Assembly (NCBI GenBank): GCA_038087875.1
Contig: JAXLNO010000061.1
Location: 62,001 to 126,000, forward strand
From: Malacoraja senta
Taxonomy: Eukaryota
Length of the DNA stretch: 64,000 nucleotides
Direction of reading: 5' to 3'
In this document: positions 62,058 through 64,000 of the stretch, one piece after another
Layout: each line of letters begins with the position of its first letter
How positions within the stretch are numbered: the stretch's first letter is position 1
The notes under the pieces: generated by a model
The model's input: the letters and a program-made list of their open reading frames with translations, nothing else
Told to the model about the DNA's origin: nothing
The model's database searches: none
Made by a program: the position numbers and the translations under genes

Positions 62058-62860
62058 GGCGCCGTCCATTTAGGTATGGCTGCCCTGCCTGTCTTTTCAC
62101 TTCATTTTTTTATTTTTTGTATGTTAAAATTGTGTTTTGTTTTGGAGGTCTGGTCTTTTTATATGGGTGGTGGGGGGGAAGGGGGAAACTGCTTTTCTAG
62201 TCCCTACCTGGTCCAAGAGGCGGCTTTCCTCCAAGCAGCATCTTCGACCCGTCCTCACGGCCTACCTTCGGGTCTGGAGCGGCTTTTCCTGAGGGGACCG
62301 GCCAGAAGCATGGTTTCGGCGGCGGCACAGCGCTGGAGCGCTATCGCGGAGCGGGCGATGCCTTGCCCGGGTCACCGCGCCGGAATGCTGAGTTTGCCTA
62401 TGAACATCGCGAAGTTGCGTGTCTGTGGAGCGGCCAGCTTTGACATCGCGGAGCCTGGGATCTTTCGCCGAGATCGCCAGTGGTGGAGCTACGTCCAGCA
62501 TGGCCTGTTGGCTTCGGAAGTCGCGGTCTCCGGTAAGGATGCGGCCATTCCAGGTATCCCAAGCCGCTGAGAGTGTTCTCCCAACGCCGGAGCACCGTCA
62601 CCCGGCGAGAAGGGCCTGAAACATTGGGCCCACCATAGCAGCGACTGCGGAGGCCTCAATAGGCCCGACTATGGGTGGACAAGGGGATGGGGACTGGACT
62701 TTGTGCCTTCCCTCACAGTGGGAACCATTGTGGGGTGATGCTTTTATGTTTGATGTTAAATTCCTTTATAATGTTATGTTGTATTATTAATGTGCTGCAA
62801 TGGCAACTCGAATTTCACTACACCAATTGGTGTATGTGACAATAAATGAACCTTTGAACT
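62058..62860 (+). mobile_element. GC-rich non-autonomous retroposon, most complete copy (~800 bp), Rex1-type tail
   Basis: Collinear with 31705-31784 joined to 38120-38797; tail AATTTCACTACACCAATTGGTGTATGTGACAATAAA. Confidence 0.7.
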
Positions 62861-64000
62861 CTTCTATGATTGAATGGTGGAGCAGACTTGATGGGCCGAA
62901 TGGCCTAATTCTACTCCTATCACTTCGAACTCTCCTCCCACTCGGGCTAGAGCCAATCACTGCTTTTTCCTGCTTCTCTTTGCTGCTGTTTCTTCAAAAT
63001 CCACGGAAGCTCTGAGTTAAGTCTGAGTCTGAGACCATTAAAATAGCTCTCAAGACGTCCATTCAATTGGATTTGTTTTGATTATTTTTAATTTCAGAGG
63101 TATTACAATATATAACCCTGCCACCAGCTCTCTCAAAGAGCTCACGTTTGGATCTCTCTCGCTCTCTCACTCCCTCTCTCTCACCCTCTAGTCTCGGCAT
63201 TCCCGGAATCATTTGGCGTTTTGCGGTGACGGCTGCATCTGCGGTTCCTTCCCGTTGAGGGTGGGGTGGGGGTGGGTGGGAGTCCTGGCCCATGGCGGCT
63301 CCTGGTCCGTTCCCTCCGCTGGTGCCGCCTGGCCCGCTGAGTTCCTCCAGCACTCTTCTTTTTATTTGGTTCTGGAGTTGAAGGTGGACACAGAGGGCTG
63401 TGGTGGCTCAGCGGGACGGGCGGCGGCTCTGGGGAGTGGGTGGCGTTTCGGGTCGAGACCCTTCTTCAGACAATCACAAGTACTCTCACCGAGAGTTCAG
63501 TTCAGTCTGAAGAAAGGTCTCTCCAGAGTCGCTGCCTGTCCTGCTGAGTTACTCCAGCTTTATGTATATCTTCAATTTCAGAGTTAAATCAAATTTCTCA
63601 CGGGGGCTGATAGCGTCTACCCCTGCCCCCCCCCCCCAGTTCCTTCCCCACCTCAGCCTCACGGGCCTTAGCGTACCCCTAGTTCCTAAAACCCATTTCC
63701 ATCACTCGTCCGGCTACAAACGGGAACTTTCTTCACCAAAATTAACTTTTTTTCCCCAAAAACATGTTTCAGCTGAAAATAATTAAATGACTAGCTGTGT
63801 GTTTATTATTCGCAATAAAACCTCGGGTCGATTCTGAAGATGTGTTTCTGATTATTTCATTTTTTTCTGCAGAAATGTTGTTCTACAGAAACTTGAAACC
63901 ACAATTTTAATCACGGGCACAAAAAATGCAAATCCCTGTAGCTTTCCAGTCCTCGTGATAGATTGCTGTACAGAACGTGGTGGACAAAGTTCCACTTGCA

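Overview
Eukaryotic, almost entirely transposon-derived DNA. The repeat families (CR1 with 8-nt tails, fish-type L1, DIRS, Nimb, Rex1-like) suggest a non-mammalian vertebrate, most likely a cartilaginous fish (inference). I found no intact host gene. The only host-gene remnant is a replication-dependent histone H2A pseudogene (19551-19929) that keeps its CCAAT/TATA promoter and 3' stem-loop but has a Nimb/I-type LINE inserted between TATA and ATG. The rest is nested elements: four L1s (two full length with TSDs), many CR1 pieces, a near-identical-LTR Gypsy inside another Gypsy, a structurally complete DIRS (ITR+ICR, RT/RH, methyltransferase-like, tyrosine recombinase), a decayed hAT transposase, a non-autonomous hAT, an RTE-X-like endonuclease frame and a decayed THAP exon (the last two absent from the ORF track). 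The most unusual items are 32-36 bp pure-hairpin insertions with 8-bp TSDs (three copies) and a GC-rich retroposon body that carries two different LINE-type tails. I cannot support a wholly new multi-gene system. Family names come from motif recognition only; no database searches were run.
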